Position numbers and translations under genes: made by a program. Shown here in pieces: positions 1 to 10,634 of a stretch of 39,568 nucleotides of DNA. Origin of the DNA: a candidate division WWE3 bacterium. Its GTDB lineage: Bacteria > Patescibacteriota > WWE3 > UBA101185 > UBA10185. The DNA is taken from the NCBI GenBank assembly GCA_052035175.1, contig JBPOHV010000001.1, positions 1 through 39,568 of the forward strand, read 5' to 3'. Numbering within the stretch: position 1 is the stretch's first letter; each line of letters opens with the position of its first letter. The notes below the pieces were generated by a model. It did not search any database, was not told where the DNA came from, and saw nothing but the letters and a program-made list of their open reading frames with translations.

Positions 1-63
1 TCTTATAAAGGTCAGTCCTTATGAAGGACAGATCCTTCTACTCCTGATATTATACATCTGTAT

Positions 64-1293
64 ATGCAAGTTGAAGAAAATAAACCTATACATGACTTTC
101 CAAAAGATTTTTTGTGGGGTACAGCAATGTCCGGGCATCAAACAGAAGGAAATAACACCAACTCTGACTGGTGGGCTTGGGAACATAGAGATGCACAACT
201 AAGGGCAAAAGAGCCAGAGTGGAAACGTATATGGCCAAAAGAACCATCGGATGTAGCGTGCGACTCATATAACAGATACGAAGAAGATTTTGACTTATGT
301 CTAAAACTAAATAACAAAGCAGTACGTATAGGTGTCGAATGGAGTCGTATAGAACCAAGTGAAGGAGTTTTCGACGAACAAGAAATTACTCATTATAAAA
401 AAGTTTTGAAAGCTGCTAAAGATCGCGGACTTATCGTGCACTTAACTATATGGCATTTTTCATTACCAAACTGGGTAGCGCTCAAAGGCGGTTGGACAAA
501 CAAACAAATTATAACTTGGTTTGCTAGATACTCTAAAAAATGCGCGCAAGCATTCGATGAATTTGTTGATGTTTACTTAACAATAAATGAACCACAAGTA
601 TATGCACTGCAAGGTTATATTGTAGGGCTTTGGCCGCCCAATCAAAGAAATTTTATAAACTCATTAATTTGCCAAATATATACATGGCGAGGGCATAACG
701 CAGCTTATAAATCGATAAAGACTGTTTCGTCAAAACCAGTAGGAATAGTAAAAAACATTGTAAATTATCAAACAAGCGAAAAAGTCTATTTGTTGAAACC
801 AATCGATATATTAATTGCAAAAACACTGTATTGGCTAAATTGTGAGTTTTATCTTGACCGTGTTGTAAAATGCTGCGACCTTATAGGCCTAAATTTTTAT
901 TTTACAAATGAAATTAGAAATCTCGCATTACGCAATCCAAATACTACGGTGAGTGATATGCATTGGTGGATATACCCACAAGGAATATTTCCTGTACTTT
1001 TAAGATTAAAGAAATACAACCTACCAATTTATATAACTGAAAATGGGTGTGCAGACGAAAGAGATCACATCAGAAAAGACTTTCTGGAACAAACACTTAT
1101 ATATATTTCTAAAGCTATCAAAGATGGAGCCCCAATCAAAGGCTACTTTCACTGGTCATTGATCGATAATTACGAATGGCATCACGGTTATTGGCCAAAA
1201 TTTGGACTTGTAGAAATCGATAGAAAAAATAATTTGCAAAGAAAACCACGACCATCTTTTTATTTTTACGCCGATGAGTGTTACCATTTATAA
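64..1293 (+). CDS. Glycoside hydrolase family 1 (beta-glucosidase-like)
   Basis: GH1 motifs FLWGTAMSGHQTEG, YNRYEEDF, EWSRIEP, acid/base TINEP, nucleophile YITENG, GYFHWSLIDNYEW. Confidence 0.95.
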   Translation: MQVEENKPIHDFPKDFLWGTAMSGHQTEGNNTNSDWWAWEHRDAQLRAKEPEWKRIWPKEPSDVACDSYNRYEEDFDLCLKLNNKAVRIGVEWSRIEPSEGVFDEQEITHYKKVLKAAKDRGLIVHLTIWHFSLPNWVALKGGWTNKQIITWFARYSKKCAQAFDEFVDVYLTINEPQVYALQGYIVGLWPPNQRNFINSLICQIYTWRGHNAAYKSIKTVSSKPVGIVKNIVNYQTSEKVYLLKPIDILIAKTLYWLNCEFYLDRVVKCCDLIGLNFYFTNEIRNLALRNPNTTVSDMHWWIYPQGIFPVLLRLKKYNLPIYITENGCADERDHIRKDFLEQTLIYISKAIKDGAPIKGYFHWSLIDNYEWHHGYWPKFGLVEIDRKNNLQRKPRPSFYFYADECYHL

Positions 1294-1348
1294 GATGCTG
1301 CCCTTCATAAGAAACAACTCAAAATTTAATCTCTTTCCCAAAGACTCT

Positions 1349-2407
1349 ATGGCAGTCAAACAATTTAAGCAGGCCCAGTCCCTTTTGCACAGATTACTTG
1401 GGCTTACATTAGTCAAAGGTGTGCTAGCTATAGCATTAATTGCACTTATAACACCGCTAATATTATTCTTTATACTGCGACCTAAAATGGCAAAAGATAT
1501 AGTGTATGGCATAACTTTTAGCGACAAATATGCCACAGACCTAGGACTCGACTGGAAAGATACTTATATAAAAATACTCGACGATTTAAATGTAAAACAC
1601 CTAAGATTAGTAGCGTACTGGGATGAAATAGAACCACAAGAAGGACAATTTAACTTCGATATTATTAAATGGCAAATAGAAGAAGCCCAAAAACGTGACA
1701 CCAAGATAATCTTACTAGTTGGAAGAAAGGCAGTACGTTATCCGGAATGTTATGAACCTAGCTGGGCAAAAAGTATCGAAAACAAAGTAGTTAGAGACGC
1801 AAAGCTATACAATTATGTCAGACGCACAATTACCGAGTTACAAGGTTATGAGGCTATAACCATGTGGCAAATAGAAAATGAACCATTTTTCCCGTTTGGA
1901 GAGTGTCCAAAAACTAGCGAAGAAACTTTGAAATATGAAGTGGGCATAGCAAAAACTCTAGATAACAGACCGATATTGGTACAAGATAGCGGCGAAGGCG
2001 GTTTGTGGAAAAAGACTTACGACTTAGGCAATTATCTAGGTATATCGATGTATAGAAAAATTTGGTATGACTTTTGGGGAGTATTTTTCGGCAATTTCAT
2101 ATATTTCAAATATCCGCTAGCGCATTGGTCGTACAAAATAAAAGCCGATATACTTGGAGTTCCCTACGATAAAGTAATAGTAACTGAATTACAAGCAGAA
2201 CCTTGGGGGCCATCGATAAACTCTTTGTTATCACAAAAAGAAAAAGATAAATCTTTTTCAGAAAGCGATTTCTTAGAAACAATTAGCTATGCGCAAAAAA
2301 CAGGTTTCAAAGAATTTTACTTATGGGGTGCTGAATGGTGGTTATGGGAAAAGCAAGTTAATAACAACCCATTCTTTTGGAATACAGGTAAAGCAATTTT
2401 CAATTAA
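1349..2407 (+). CDS. Membrane-anchored clan GH-A glycoside hydrolase (GH42/GH5-like TIM barrel)
   Basis: N-terminal hydrophobic anchor, YWDEIEPQEGQFNF, WQIENEP (acid/base), TELQAEPW (nucleophile). Start moved to ATG 1349 to avoid overlap with the GH1 gene. Confidence 0.7.
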   Translation: MAVKQFKQAQSLLHRLLGLTLVKGVLAIALIALITPLILFFILRPKMAKDIVYGITFSDKYATDLGLDWKDTYIKILDDLNVKHLRLVAYWDEIEPQEGQFNFDIIKWQIEEAQKRDTKIILLVGRKAVRYPECYEPSWAKSIENKVVRDAKLYNYVRRTITELQGYEAITMWQIENEPFFPFGECPKTSEETLKYEVGIAKTLDNRPILVQDSGEGGLWKKTYDLGNYLGISMYRKIWYDFWGVFFGNFIYFKYPLAHWSYKIKADILGVPYDKVIVTELQAEPWGPSINSLLSQKEKDKSFSESDFLETISYAQKTGFKEFYLWGAEWWLWEKQVNNNPFFWNTGKAIFN

Positions 2408-4062
2408 ATACCACGTTTAAACATTTTTTCAAAAGTAGATTTGTTAATAAACAAAGCAACAGGTCTGCCGTGTGGACAAGTATAATACATATGCTCGTCA
2501 GAAAGTTTCTTTACAAGGTTACTACGTTCAGACAGTGTTAATTTCTCACCTGCCTTGATAGCAGATCGACAAGCTAAATATGCAAGTGTACGCTTGGACA
2601 AATCATCAATAAACTTTTTGTTATTCGAATCAATCACCTCAATTAGCAACTCTTTGATATTATGATCAGAGTAAATCGAGGGTACACTGTTTATCTTATA
2701 TGTACGCTCACCAAATGATTCTATGACAAAGCCTAATTGAGCAAAGTCTACCAAATATGAATCAAACAAAAGAGACTGTGCTACAGACAAGTCAAAAATA
2801 ACTGGATTCAATAAATCTTTTGACGCAGACTGTTCTTGTAATATTGCAAATTCATCTAAAAACTGTGAGTATAAAATACTTTCATGCGCAGCGTGTTGAT
2901 CAATAAATAAAACCCCCTCATCAGTCTCGACGATTAAATAGGTATCAAAAACTTGCGCAATATTTTCAGGTACATCTTTTAACAACCATTTACTTGTGGA
3001 GTCTTTTAAAGTGTTAAAAACATAATTCGATTTTGATCCCCCATATATATCGGTGTTTAGATATAAGCTTTGTTGCAAATTGGCATCTGCAAGAGCAGAC
3101 TTTATTACAGTTGACAATGTAACTAAGAGCTCGGCCTCATTGAGAATAGAAATGCTTTCTTTTTGAGGATGTATGTTTATATCGAGTTCGTGATTGGGAA
3201 GATTAATATATAAAATATAAAATGGGAATTCTTTGTTAAAGATTAGATTGCTATATACCTCACGCATAAGCTTGTTAATATTGGTATTTTGAATTAATCG
3301 ATTATTAATAAAAACAATTTGACGGTCACGAGATACAGTACTTATTTGTGGCGCTCCAATAACTCCAGAAATACTTACTGTCTCACTTTTATACTCTATC
3401 TGTACAAGCTTGTTAGAAACAAAATCCCCATATATTTTTGAAACTTTATTAACGAGTGTATCGTCTGGTTCTATTGTCAAAACTAACTTGGAATTGTGAA
3501 ACAGTTGAAGCATGATACATTCGGTGGAAAAAGCAAATGCCTGAATAAGCTTTGTTATCTTTATAAATTCTTGAGATGCATTATTCAAAAACTTTTTACG
3601 AACAGGTAAATTGAAAAATAAATCTGATACAGATATAACAGTCCCAGTATCTATGTTACAAATAGATTGCGATATAAATTCGCCGCCAGAAATCTTGAGT
3701 GTGTGAGCGATAGAATCATTTGCCGATTTGCTAGTGATTTCAAAATTGGAAACTGTGCATATGCTATGCAAAGCTTCACCGCGAAATCCCAAGGTACTAA
3801 TATCTTCTAAATCGGACACTTTATCTAATTTGCTTGTTGTATGAGGTAAATAACATAACTGCAAGTCTTCATATGACATTCCGCAACCATTGTCACGAAC
3901 ACGGATCAAACTTTGACCTCCGTCTGTAACATCTACAATAATTTCTGTTGCACCAGCATCGAGCGAATTTTCAATTAATTCTTTTACAACATTCACAGGA
4001 GAATGTATTACTTCACCGGCAGCTATTTTGGCTATAACATCTTTATGCAGTTTCTTTATCAT
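2404..4062 (-). CDS. mutL: DNA mismatch repair protein MutL
   Basis: IAAGEVI, VKELIENSLDAGA, DNGCGM, TLGFRGEAL; C-terminal DQHAAHE, ACR and CPHGRP motifs. Confidence 0.97.
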   Translation of the reverse strand: MIKKLHKDVIAKIAAGEVIHSPVNVVKELIENSLDAGATEIIVDVTDGGQSLIRVRDNGCGMSYEDLQLCYLPHTTSKLDKVSDLEDISTLGFRGEALHSICTVSNFEITSKSANDSIAHTLKISGGEFISQSICNIDTGTVISVSDLFFNLPVRKKFLNNASQEFIKITKLIQAFAFSTECIMLQLFHNSKLVLTIEPDDTLVNKVSKIYGDFVSNKLVQIEYKSETVSISGVIGAPQISTVSRDRQIVFINNRLIQNTNINKLMREVYSNLIFNKEFPFYILYINLPNHELDINIHPQKESISILNEAELLVTLSTVIKSALADANLQQSLYLNTDIYGGSKSNYVFNTLKDSTSKWLLKDVPENIAQVFDTYLIVETDEGVLFIDQHAAHESILYSQFLDEFAILQEQSASKDLLNPVIFDLSVAQSLLFDSYLVDFAQLGFVIESFGERTYKINSVPSIYSDHNIKELLIEVIDSNNKKFIDDLSKRTLAYLACRSAIKAGEKLTLSERSNLVKKLSDEHMYYTCPHGRPVALFINKSTFEKMFKRGI

Positions 4063-6502
4063 TGGTATTCTTTTTCTCTAACTCAGACAAGATCTCGTAG
4101 GAAGACTTGATAACACCTTGTGGCAACCCTGCTATTTTTGCAACATCAATACCAAAACTGTGTTCCGAGCTGCCCCTTGCTAGTTTGTGCAAAAATAAAA
4201 GCGTATCATTCTCACGATGTACGGTTACATGATAGTTAGAAACTTTTTGTGGTATTACTTCTTCTAACCTTTGCAGCTCATGATAATGAGTCGCAAACAA
4301 AGTCTTGGGACCTTCCCCAAAAGCAGTTGCCAAATAGTTTGCTACAGACCATGCAATGCTAATACCATCGTATGTACTTGTACCGCGACCAATTTCGTCC
4401 ATGACAACAAAGCTTTGACTTGTACAATTTTTCAAAATATATGCGGTTTCTAACATTTCTAACATAAAAGTTGAATAGCCCATACCAATAGCATCAGATG
4501 CACCACTCCGTACAAAGATGCGGTCACGAAGTGATAACACTGCAGACTTAGCTGGTACATAACTGCCAATCTGTGCTAACAAGACAATAAGAGCAACTTG
4601 TCTTATAAACACCGATTTACCTGCCATATTTGGACCAGTGATAATAAATAAATTATCAGATAAATCAAATTTTGTGTCATTTGACACGAAGTCTCCATGA
4701 GGCAATGACGCTTCTACAACCGGGTGTCTTCCAGAGATAATTTCTATAGAGTTTTCATCTATAAATCGTGGTAAACACCAACGATACTCAAGCGCACATA
4801 AGGTTAAAGATAAAATACAATCTACAACAGCTATCTTATCTGCAACTTCTTGGATCTCTCGAGCTACAGAAACTACAGCATCTACAACTGTCAAAAATAT
4901 TTCATACTCAAGAGACTTAATATCTTCTTCAGCAGATAAGATTATTTGTTCGTGATGCTTTAAATCTTCGGTTATATACCGTTCGGCATTTACCAAAGTT
5001 TGCTTACGTTCATACGAAGAAGGTACATTGGCAGAATTTGCATGAGTCACTTCTATGTAATAGCCAAACACTTTGTTATATCGTACTTTTAAGGTATTTA
5101 TTCCTGTTTTTTGTCTTTCAAGACTTTCGAGATTAGCAACAAATTCTTTACTATCAAAAATAGCAGCTTTTAAATCATCGAGTTTCGCATTAATACCCGC
5201 ACATATTACACCACCTGATTTTGGATCAACAGGAGGCTCATCTACAAAAGTGCTTGAGATCAGTTGCACCAACCGCTCTAATTTTTCTTTCGATACGCTT
5301 GCAGCATCATGAAACAAAGGTGAGTCCAAAGTTATAAGTATGTGCATACTTTCAAAATACTTTTCTAATGCTTGTTTGATATTAAACACATCTCTAGGAT
5401 TACCAATACCTACTGAAATTCTAGATAATATCCGCTCTATATCTGGTATTTCACATATGATGCCTTGTATGCGCGCCCGCTGAGTGGAAGCTCCCTTCAA
5501 TGCAGAAACCGCATGTGATCTGTATGTAATTTCTTGAGTATTTAAAAGCGGGCGCGCAAGCCACTCTTTGAGCATGCGACCACCCATAGGAGAAGATGTC
5601 TTATCCAAAATCCCTATCAAACTTCCATGCTTACTACCATCCAACATAGTATGAAATAACTCCAAACTATTTACAGTAAATCGATCTAATAACATATGTT
5701 TTGAATAATTTAGATGAATTACAGTTTTAATATGATTAATATTTCCGCGCTGAGTATAATTGAGATAAGAAAGTATATTTGCGATCGCTAGCTTTTCAGC
5801 TAAACACTTGTTCACGACAAACCAATCGAGTTGCTCTTTATCCAAAGATTTTTTTAAGATTACATCTGCTCTTTTCTCATCGGCAGCAACACTAGCGTAG
5901 TTTGTTATAAGCAGGTTCTTGTACAAGCGCAACTGTGATAACAATGGTTGATCCTGTAACAAATTCTCATCCAAAACACATTCAGTTGGATTATATTGCT
6001 GTAAATAGTTTTGTAAAAATTCCGACAGTGACGTATCGATAAATTCAGTAGACAAAAGCTTGCCAGTAGAAACATCGCACAATGCCACACCATATTTGTT
6101 CTTCGATTTGTAAATCGTGAAAATATAATTGTTTATATCTTTTTGCAATGCGTGTTCATCAAAGAGAGTACCAGGTGTAACTATTCGCACAACATCTCGC
6201 TGCACTAGTTCTCCTGGCTTGGGTTGTGTCAATTGCTCACATATTGCAACTTTATACCCAGCTTTTACTAACTTTGATAAATAAGCATCGACTGCATGAT
6301 ACGGCACACCTGCCATAGGTATGCGGCCATCTTTCCCTCTATCACGTGAAGTAAGAGTAATACTCAGTACATTTGATGCTATTTTGGCATCGTCCATAAA
6401 CATTTCATAAAAATCTCCCAACCTAAAAAACAACAAACAATCAGCATACTTTTCTTTCAAAGCAAAATATTGTTGCATCATGGGTGTTTGAAACTCATCC
6501 AT
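4043..6502 (-). CDS. mutS: DNA mismatch repair protein MutS
   Basis: TPMMQQY, FFRLGDFYEMF, Walker A GPNMAGKS, DEIGRGTS, FATHYHEL; overlaps mutL start by 20 bp. Confidence 0.98.
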   Translation of the reverse strand: MDEFQTPMMQQYFALKEKYADCLLFFRLGDFYEMFMDDAKIASNVLSITLTSRDRGKDGRIPMAGVPYHAVDAYLSKLVKAGYKVAICEQLTQPKPGELVQRDVVRIVTPGTLFDEHALQKDINNYIFTIYKSKNKYGVALCDVSTGKLLSTEFIDTSLSEFLQNYLQQYNPTECVLDENLLQDQPLLSQLRLYKNLLITNYASVAADEKRADVILKKSLDKEQLDWFVVNKCLAEKLAIANILSYLNYTQRGNINHIKTVIHLNYSKHMLLDRFTVNSLELFHTMLDGSKHGSLIGILDKTSSPMGGRMLKEWLARPLLNTQEITYRSHAVSALKGASTQRARIQGIICEIPDIERILSRISVGIGNPRDVFNIKQALEKYFESMHILITLDSPLFHDAASVSKEKLERLVQLISSTFVDEPPVDPKSGGVICAGINAKLDDLKAAIFDSKEFVANLESLERQKTGINTLKVRYNKVFGYYIEVTHANSANVPSSYERKQTLVNAERYITEDLKHHEQIILSAEEDIKSLEYEIFLTVVDAVVSVAREIQEVADKIAVVDCILSLTLCALEYRWCLPRFIDENSIEIISGRHPVVEASLPHGDFVSNDTKFDLSDNLFIITGPNMAGKSVFIRQVALIVLLAQIGSYVPAKSAVLSLRDRIFVRSGASDAIGMGYSTFMLEMLETAYILKNCTSQSFVVMDEIGRGTSTYDGISIAWSVANYLATAFGEGPKTLFATHYHELQRLEEVIPQKVSNYHVTVHRENDTLLFLHKLARGSSEHSFGIDVAKIAGLPQGVIKSSYEILSELEKKNTNDKETA

Positions 6503-6550
6503 ATTAGTATCATAGCAGAAGAGATTATATGCACAGTGTATAATTTACTC
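6503..6550. promoter_or_regulatory. Back-to-back promoters for mutS and pgi, both predicted leaderless
   Basis: Minus strand TGc-TATGAT (6509-6514), 6 nt, mutS ATG; plus strand TATAAT (6539-6544), 6 nt, pgi ATG 6551. Confidence 0.7.
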
Positions 6551-7648
6551 ATGCGATATGTACTGCCCGTTACAAAAAGTGCTATAAGCAATACCAAGGT
6601 AGTGTTAACACCTCAAGATGCAGCTCATTATAAATCTACGCCTGATTTATCAAAGTTATACGCATTAAAACACAAGCTAAACCCACAAAAGTATGTCTTA
6701 GTTGTTGGTATTGGAGGCTCTAGTCTGGGGTCAAAAGCAATTTACAATAGCATATTTGGCTATTACGACAACATAGAAACTAATAGATTTCCAAAAATTA
6801 TTTTTATTGAAACCGAGAGCGATGTTTTTAATGAAAAACTTATTACTTTACTCAATTCGATAGATCCAAATGATTTAGTTATAAATATCATAAGTAAATC
6901 TGGTACAACAGCAGAAACAACTTTCAATTTTGAATTGATACTAAAAAACTTTCCTAATTTTAAAAACCGTATCGTTATAACCACACAAGAGCAATCACCT
7001 CTCTCAAATCTCGCACACGAGCTAAATATAGACTTACTAGAAATCCCAAAAGAACTCAGTGGGAGATTCTCTGTTTTCTCATATGTAGGACTGTTTCCAC
7101 TAATACTTGCAAATATTGATATTTCAAAATTACTAGAAGGAAGCGACCTGGCATTACAAGATCTACAAACGCCATTGGATGCAGCATTATCCAAACATCA
7201 AGCCTACGAAACAAACTGCTTTATAAATAATTTATTTATTTTTTCTCCGGCATTAGAAACTTTAGGAGATTGGCATTCACAACTAGTAGCAGAGTCTACA
7301 GGTAAAGATAACAAGGGAATACTTCCTACAACATCAATCGGCTCTAATGATTTGCATTCTATAGCACAGTTTTATCTTGGAGGAAATAGCGCAAACATTT
7401 TTTTTACATTTATGAGTATAAAAACTGAAATTCACTTAAACAAACTGCTAAATGCAACAAAAGAAGCTTTTACTAATAAAGGAATCGCGTATGATGAAAT
7501 AATCTTAGAAACGGTAAATGAAATAGAGCTAGGGTACTTTATGCAATTCAAAATGCTCGAAACAATTTTTCTTGCTAAACTAATTGGTGTAAATCCTTTT
7601 AATCAGCCAAATGTTGAAGACTACAAAAAATACATTAGTCGCACCTAA
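6551..7648 (+). CDS. pgi: Glucose-6-phosphate isomerase (short form)
   Basis: VGIGGSSLG, SKSGTTAET, GRFSVFS, QLVAESTGK, NPFNQPNVEDYK. Start set at ATG 6551 because the longer ORF overlaps the mutS start. Confidence 0.93.
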   Translation: MRYVLPVTKSAISNTKVVLTPQDAAHYKSTPDLSKLYALKHKLNPQKYVLVVGIGGSSLGSKAIYNSIFGYYDNIETNRFPKIIFIETESDVFNEKLITLLNSIDPNDLVINIISKSGTTAETTFNFELILKNFPNFKNRIVITTQEQSPLSNLAHELNIDLLEIPKELSGRFSVFSYVGLFPLILANIDISKLLEGSDLALQDLQTPLDAALSKHQAYETNCFINNLFIFSPALETLGDWHSQLVAESTGKDNKGILPTTSIGSNDLHSIAQFYLGGNSANIFFTFMSIKTEIHLNKLLNATKEAFTNKGIAYDEIILETVNEIELGYFMQFKMLETIFLAKLIGVNPFNQPNVEDYKKYISRT

Positions 7649-9230
7649 ATATTTATCAAAACAAAATGTAATCCTTTGCATAGTTTCATGTTTATTAATC
7701 TGCTTAGGACTATTGGCTAGATTGCACAATATAGAATTTGGACTTAGCGCGCCAAGCTACTATGCCGATGAGCCAGAATTTACAGAGTTTGCTATCAATT
7801 ACGCATTCAACCTCAAAAGTATTATAAACAATGGTGATACCTATAAACTAATACCTGTATCTTTTGTTTATGGCACTGCGCCTACTTACATCCTCACTGT
7901 GGTAACAATTGTGTTGAGTAAAGTAAACAGCTTAGTAGGTAATCAAATAGATAGAACATATATATATATTGGTTTACGTATCTTTACAACCCTGCTTTCA
8001 TTAGGAATTGCTATATTAACAGGAATAATTGCTTACAAACTCACACCGCTCCAAAAATCACATCAGGGTAACACTCAAAACAAATATATTGGGCTCATTG
8101 CGTTGTCATTAGGAGTGTTTAACTGGAAACTAATCGTGATGGGGCATTATGTAAATGCTGATATTTTTTTAACTTTATTTCTGTGGTTATCGTTTTTGTT
8201 TATGTGGATGTATACGCAAAAACAAAAAAACTCTTTTGTTTTGATAGCTGGTGTTTTTTTTGGATTAGCCTTTGGTACAAAAGTGACTGCGCTGATCTCA
8301 ATCCCTGCATATATTTATATTTTTTTAAAAAACCGTAAAGTATACGACTTGTATGCTTTCGTGCTTTCGGCTCTTGGGTCATTTATGGTTACGAATCCTT
8401 TTTCTATTATTTTCAACGACAAGTTTGTACTGCGCGTACTAGACATGGTCACAAAAGAAGGCGGATTAGTATTTGATTCTGTAGACACCAATCCAGTCAA
8501 ATATCTTGTAGCACTTTCCACACTCGTCACATTACCCATATTATTACTTGCAATACCAAGTGCATTGACGTGCATTTCACAAAAAAAAGATAAGACATTT
8601 CATATTTTTCTTCTTAGTAATCTATTGATATATGTAGTGTTCTTTTCAATACAAGCACGAATAGCAGATAGATGGCTTTTACCAATAATACCGATCATCA
8701 TGATATATGCCAGCTACACTATTTATTATCTAATTCAAAAAGGTCTTTTATTTAAACTGGCACTTATACTTTTATTAAGCTTATACGCTTGCTACACACT
8801 AAGCGCTACATATCAATTTACAAAAGAAACTCCGCGTAGCGCAGCATATCAGTGGATCAAACAAAACCTTCCGCCCTCTACAGTCAAACTATATTACACA
8901 GAAGAAGGACTCGACCCGCTAACCAAAATACCTAGCATGAAAGTAACCCGTATGGGAGTTTATGAGTCAGAAGGAGGTCAATTAATATTGCCCGATAATC
9001 CGTATTTATATGACTATATAATAATTGCCGATAAACCTATGACCTACTTTAAAAAAAATGAAGTAAAAGTTAAGTACCCATATTACGTACAAAGGTGGCA
9101 ATCGTTTGAAAATAGCGTACAAGACAGTGGTGATTTTGTACTAGTTAAAGCATTCACAACAAGTAAAGCCAATCTAATACCACTTACAAATATGTATGTT
9201 TATCAAAGAGTGAATCTAGTTTGCAAATAA
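7611..9230 (+). CDS. GT-C fold membrane glycosyltransferase (ArnT/PMT, GT39/GT83-like)
   Basis: About a dozen hydrophobic segments, DEP motif in the first loop, NADIF and FGLAFGTK segments, soluble C-terminal domain. Confidence 0.75.
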   Translation: MLKTTKNTLVAPKYLSKQNVILCIVSCLLICLGLLARLHNIEFGLSAPSYYADEPEFTEFAINYAFNLKSIINNGDTYKLIPVSFVYGTAPTYILTVVTIVLSKVNSLVGNQIDRTYIYIGLRIFTTLLSLGIAILTGIIAYKLTPLQKSHQGNTQNKYIGLIALSLGVFNWKLIVMGHYVNADIFLTLFLWLSFLFMWMYTQKQKNSFVLIAGVFFGLAFGTKVTALISIPAYIYIFLKNRKVYDLYAFVLSALGSFMVTNPFSIIFNDKFVLRVLDMVTKEGGLVFDSVDTNPVKYLVALSTLVTLPILLLAIPSALTCISQKKDKTFHIFLLSNLLIYVVFFSIQARIADRWLLPIIPIIMIYASYTIYYLIQKGLLFKLALILLLSLYACYTLSATYQFTKETPRSAAYQWIKQNLPPSTVKLYYTEEGLDPLTKIPSMKVTRMGVYESEGGQLILPDNPYLYDYIIIADKPMTYFKKNEVKVKYPYYVQRWQSFENSVQDSGDFVLVKAFTTSKANLIPLTNMYVYQRVNLVCK

Positions 9231-9271
9231 AATGAGTGTTGTCTTCATAAGAAGACATTACATTACCCCTT

Positions 9272-9304
9272 AAAAAGAGAAAAGGCCCCTTGCGGGACCT
9301 TTTC
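9272..9304 (-). terminator. Intrinsic terminator downstream of rpoD and of the candidate sRNA
   Basis: 11-bp stem GAAAAGGUCCC/GGGGCCUUUUC, GCAA loop, followed by UCUUUUU. Confidence 0.85.
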
Positions 9305-9340
9305 AGGTGCTCCCCCCAATCCTTGCGGATTGGTGAAAGC
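9272..9340 (-). ncRNA. Candidate ~69-nt small RNA with two GCAA-tetraloop hairpins
   Basis: TTGACA-N17-TAATAT promoter puts +1 at G9340, the first base of hairpin GCUUUC-A-CCAAUCC-GCAA-GGAUUGG-G-GGGAGC; ends in an intrinsic terminator; no ORF. Confidence 0.55.
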
Positions 9341-9346
9341 TCAGAT

Positions 9347-9375
9347 ATATTACCGTGTAATATTCAAACTGTCAA
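9347..9375 (-). promoter_or_regulatory. Sigma70-type promoter just after the rpoD stop
   Basis: TTGACA (9375-9370), 17-nt spacer, TAATAT (9352-9347). Confidence 0.7.
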
Positions 9376-9398
9376 CACTTTTATAAAGATGCTTATTA

Positions 9399-10544
9399 CT
9401 AGAGATAATCTCTCAATCTTTTGCTTCTAGAAGGGTGTCTCAATTTACGTAATGCCTTAGCTTCGATCTGACGTATGCGTTCTCTTGTGACACCAAATTC
9501 TTTACCAACCTCTTCCAAAGTACGAGTCCTTCCATCTTTCAAACCAAATCTCAATTCCAAGACTTTGCGTTCTCGAGGATTCAGTGTATCTAATACTTCA
9601 TCAATATGTTCGCGCAACAGCTCTATACTTGCTGATTCAAATGGGGACAAAGTGGTTTCATCAGGTATAAATTCTTTTAATCTAGTATCTTCTTCTTTAC
9701 CTATTGGTGTTTCTAAAGAGGCTGTATCTTGTGAAATCCTCACTATTTCGTAGGCTTTTTCATTTTCTATCCCCATAACTTTCGCAACTTCTTCTGGAGT
9801 AGGTGTTCTCTCTAACTCTTGTTCTAATTGTCTTTCAATCTTTTTATACTTATTTATGGTTTCAACCATATGAACAGGAATTCTTATAGTTTTAGCTTGG
9901 TCAGCAATAGCACGTGTAATCGCTTGGCGTATCCACCAAGTTGCATAAGTTGAAAATTTGAAACCACGTCGCCAATCAAATTTTTCTACAGCTTTCATCA
10001 ACCCGATATTTCCTTCTTGGATAAGGTCCAAAAACTGTAAGCCTCTACCCATATGTCTTTTTGCAATAGAAACAACTAAACGTAAATTGGCTTTTGCCAA
10101 TGCTTCTGCTGCCTTTTTATCGTCTTTTTCTACACGTTTAGCTAGATCAACTTCTTCTGCAGCGGTTAATAACTCGACTTTACCAATTTCTCTCAAATAC
10201 ATACGAACTGGGTCAGAAGATGTAGTTTTGTCTAATTTTACTGATGCTACATCTAGCTCTTGTAATTCTTTGAGCTTTTCCGCTTCTTTCTCTGAAGCAA
10301 CGTCAAATACGTCTACACCAGCTTCTACAAGTTTCTCGTAAAGAGAATCTAGTGTTTCTATGTCTTCTTCGGCTTGGGGGAAGATGCTCAATATGTCGTC
10401 GATAGTCAAATAACCTTGTTTTTTACCTCTAGTTATAATCTTTTTCAAAATAGACTCATCTAGTACAATATGACCGTTAACTAGGTCTTCTTTTTTTAAT
10501 ATATCCTTTTTAGTAGTTTTTTGTTCTTTTGGGGCTTTTGGCAT
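9399..10544 (-). CDS. rpoD: Primary RNA polymerase sigma factor
   Basis: [73 protein letters not shown]; ends TAG-TAA-TAA. Confidence 0.98.
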   Translation of the reverse strand: MPKAPKEQKTTKKDILKKEDLVNGHIVLDESILKKIITRGKKQGYLTIDDILSIFPQAEEDIETLDSLYEKLVEAGVDVFDVASEKEAEKLKELQELDVASVKLDKTTSSDPVRMYLREIGKVELLTAAEEVDLAKRVEKDDKKAAEALAKANLRLVVSIAKRHMGRGLQFLDLIQEGNIGLMKAVEKFDWRRGFKFSTYATWWIRQAITRAIADQAKTIRIPVHMVETINKYKKIERQLEQELERTPTPEEVAKVMGIENEKAYEIVRISQDTASLETPIGKEEDTRLKEFIPDETTLSPFESASIELLREHIDEVLDTLNPRERKVLELRFGLKDGRTRTLEEVGKEFGVTRERIRQIEAKALRKLRHPSRSKRLRDYL

Positions 10545-10634
10545 AATAATTTTTTTATTTATAAATATGCTAGAAATAGAAGTCTAAACACATTAGACTA
10601 TACAATTTTACCGGCATGATAGCAAATAACTCAA

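Noticed and set aside
2863-2901. MutL endonuclease motif reads DQHAAHESILYS instead of DQHAxxExxxxE
   Set aside because: The key first Glu, ACR and CPHGRP are intact and the last position varies among homologues; not enough to claim inactivation
9475-10341. Antisense ORFs over rpoD, and similar short shadow ORFs over mutS, pgi, dnaG and the large envelope genes
   Set aside because: Expected antisense shadows of real genes, with no motifs or initiation signals
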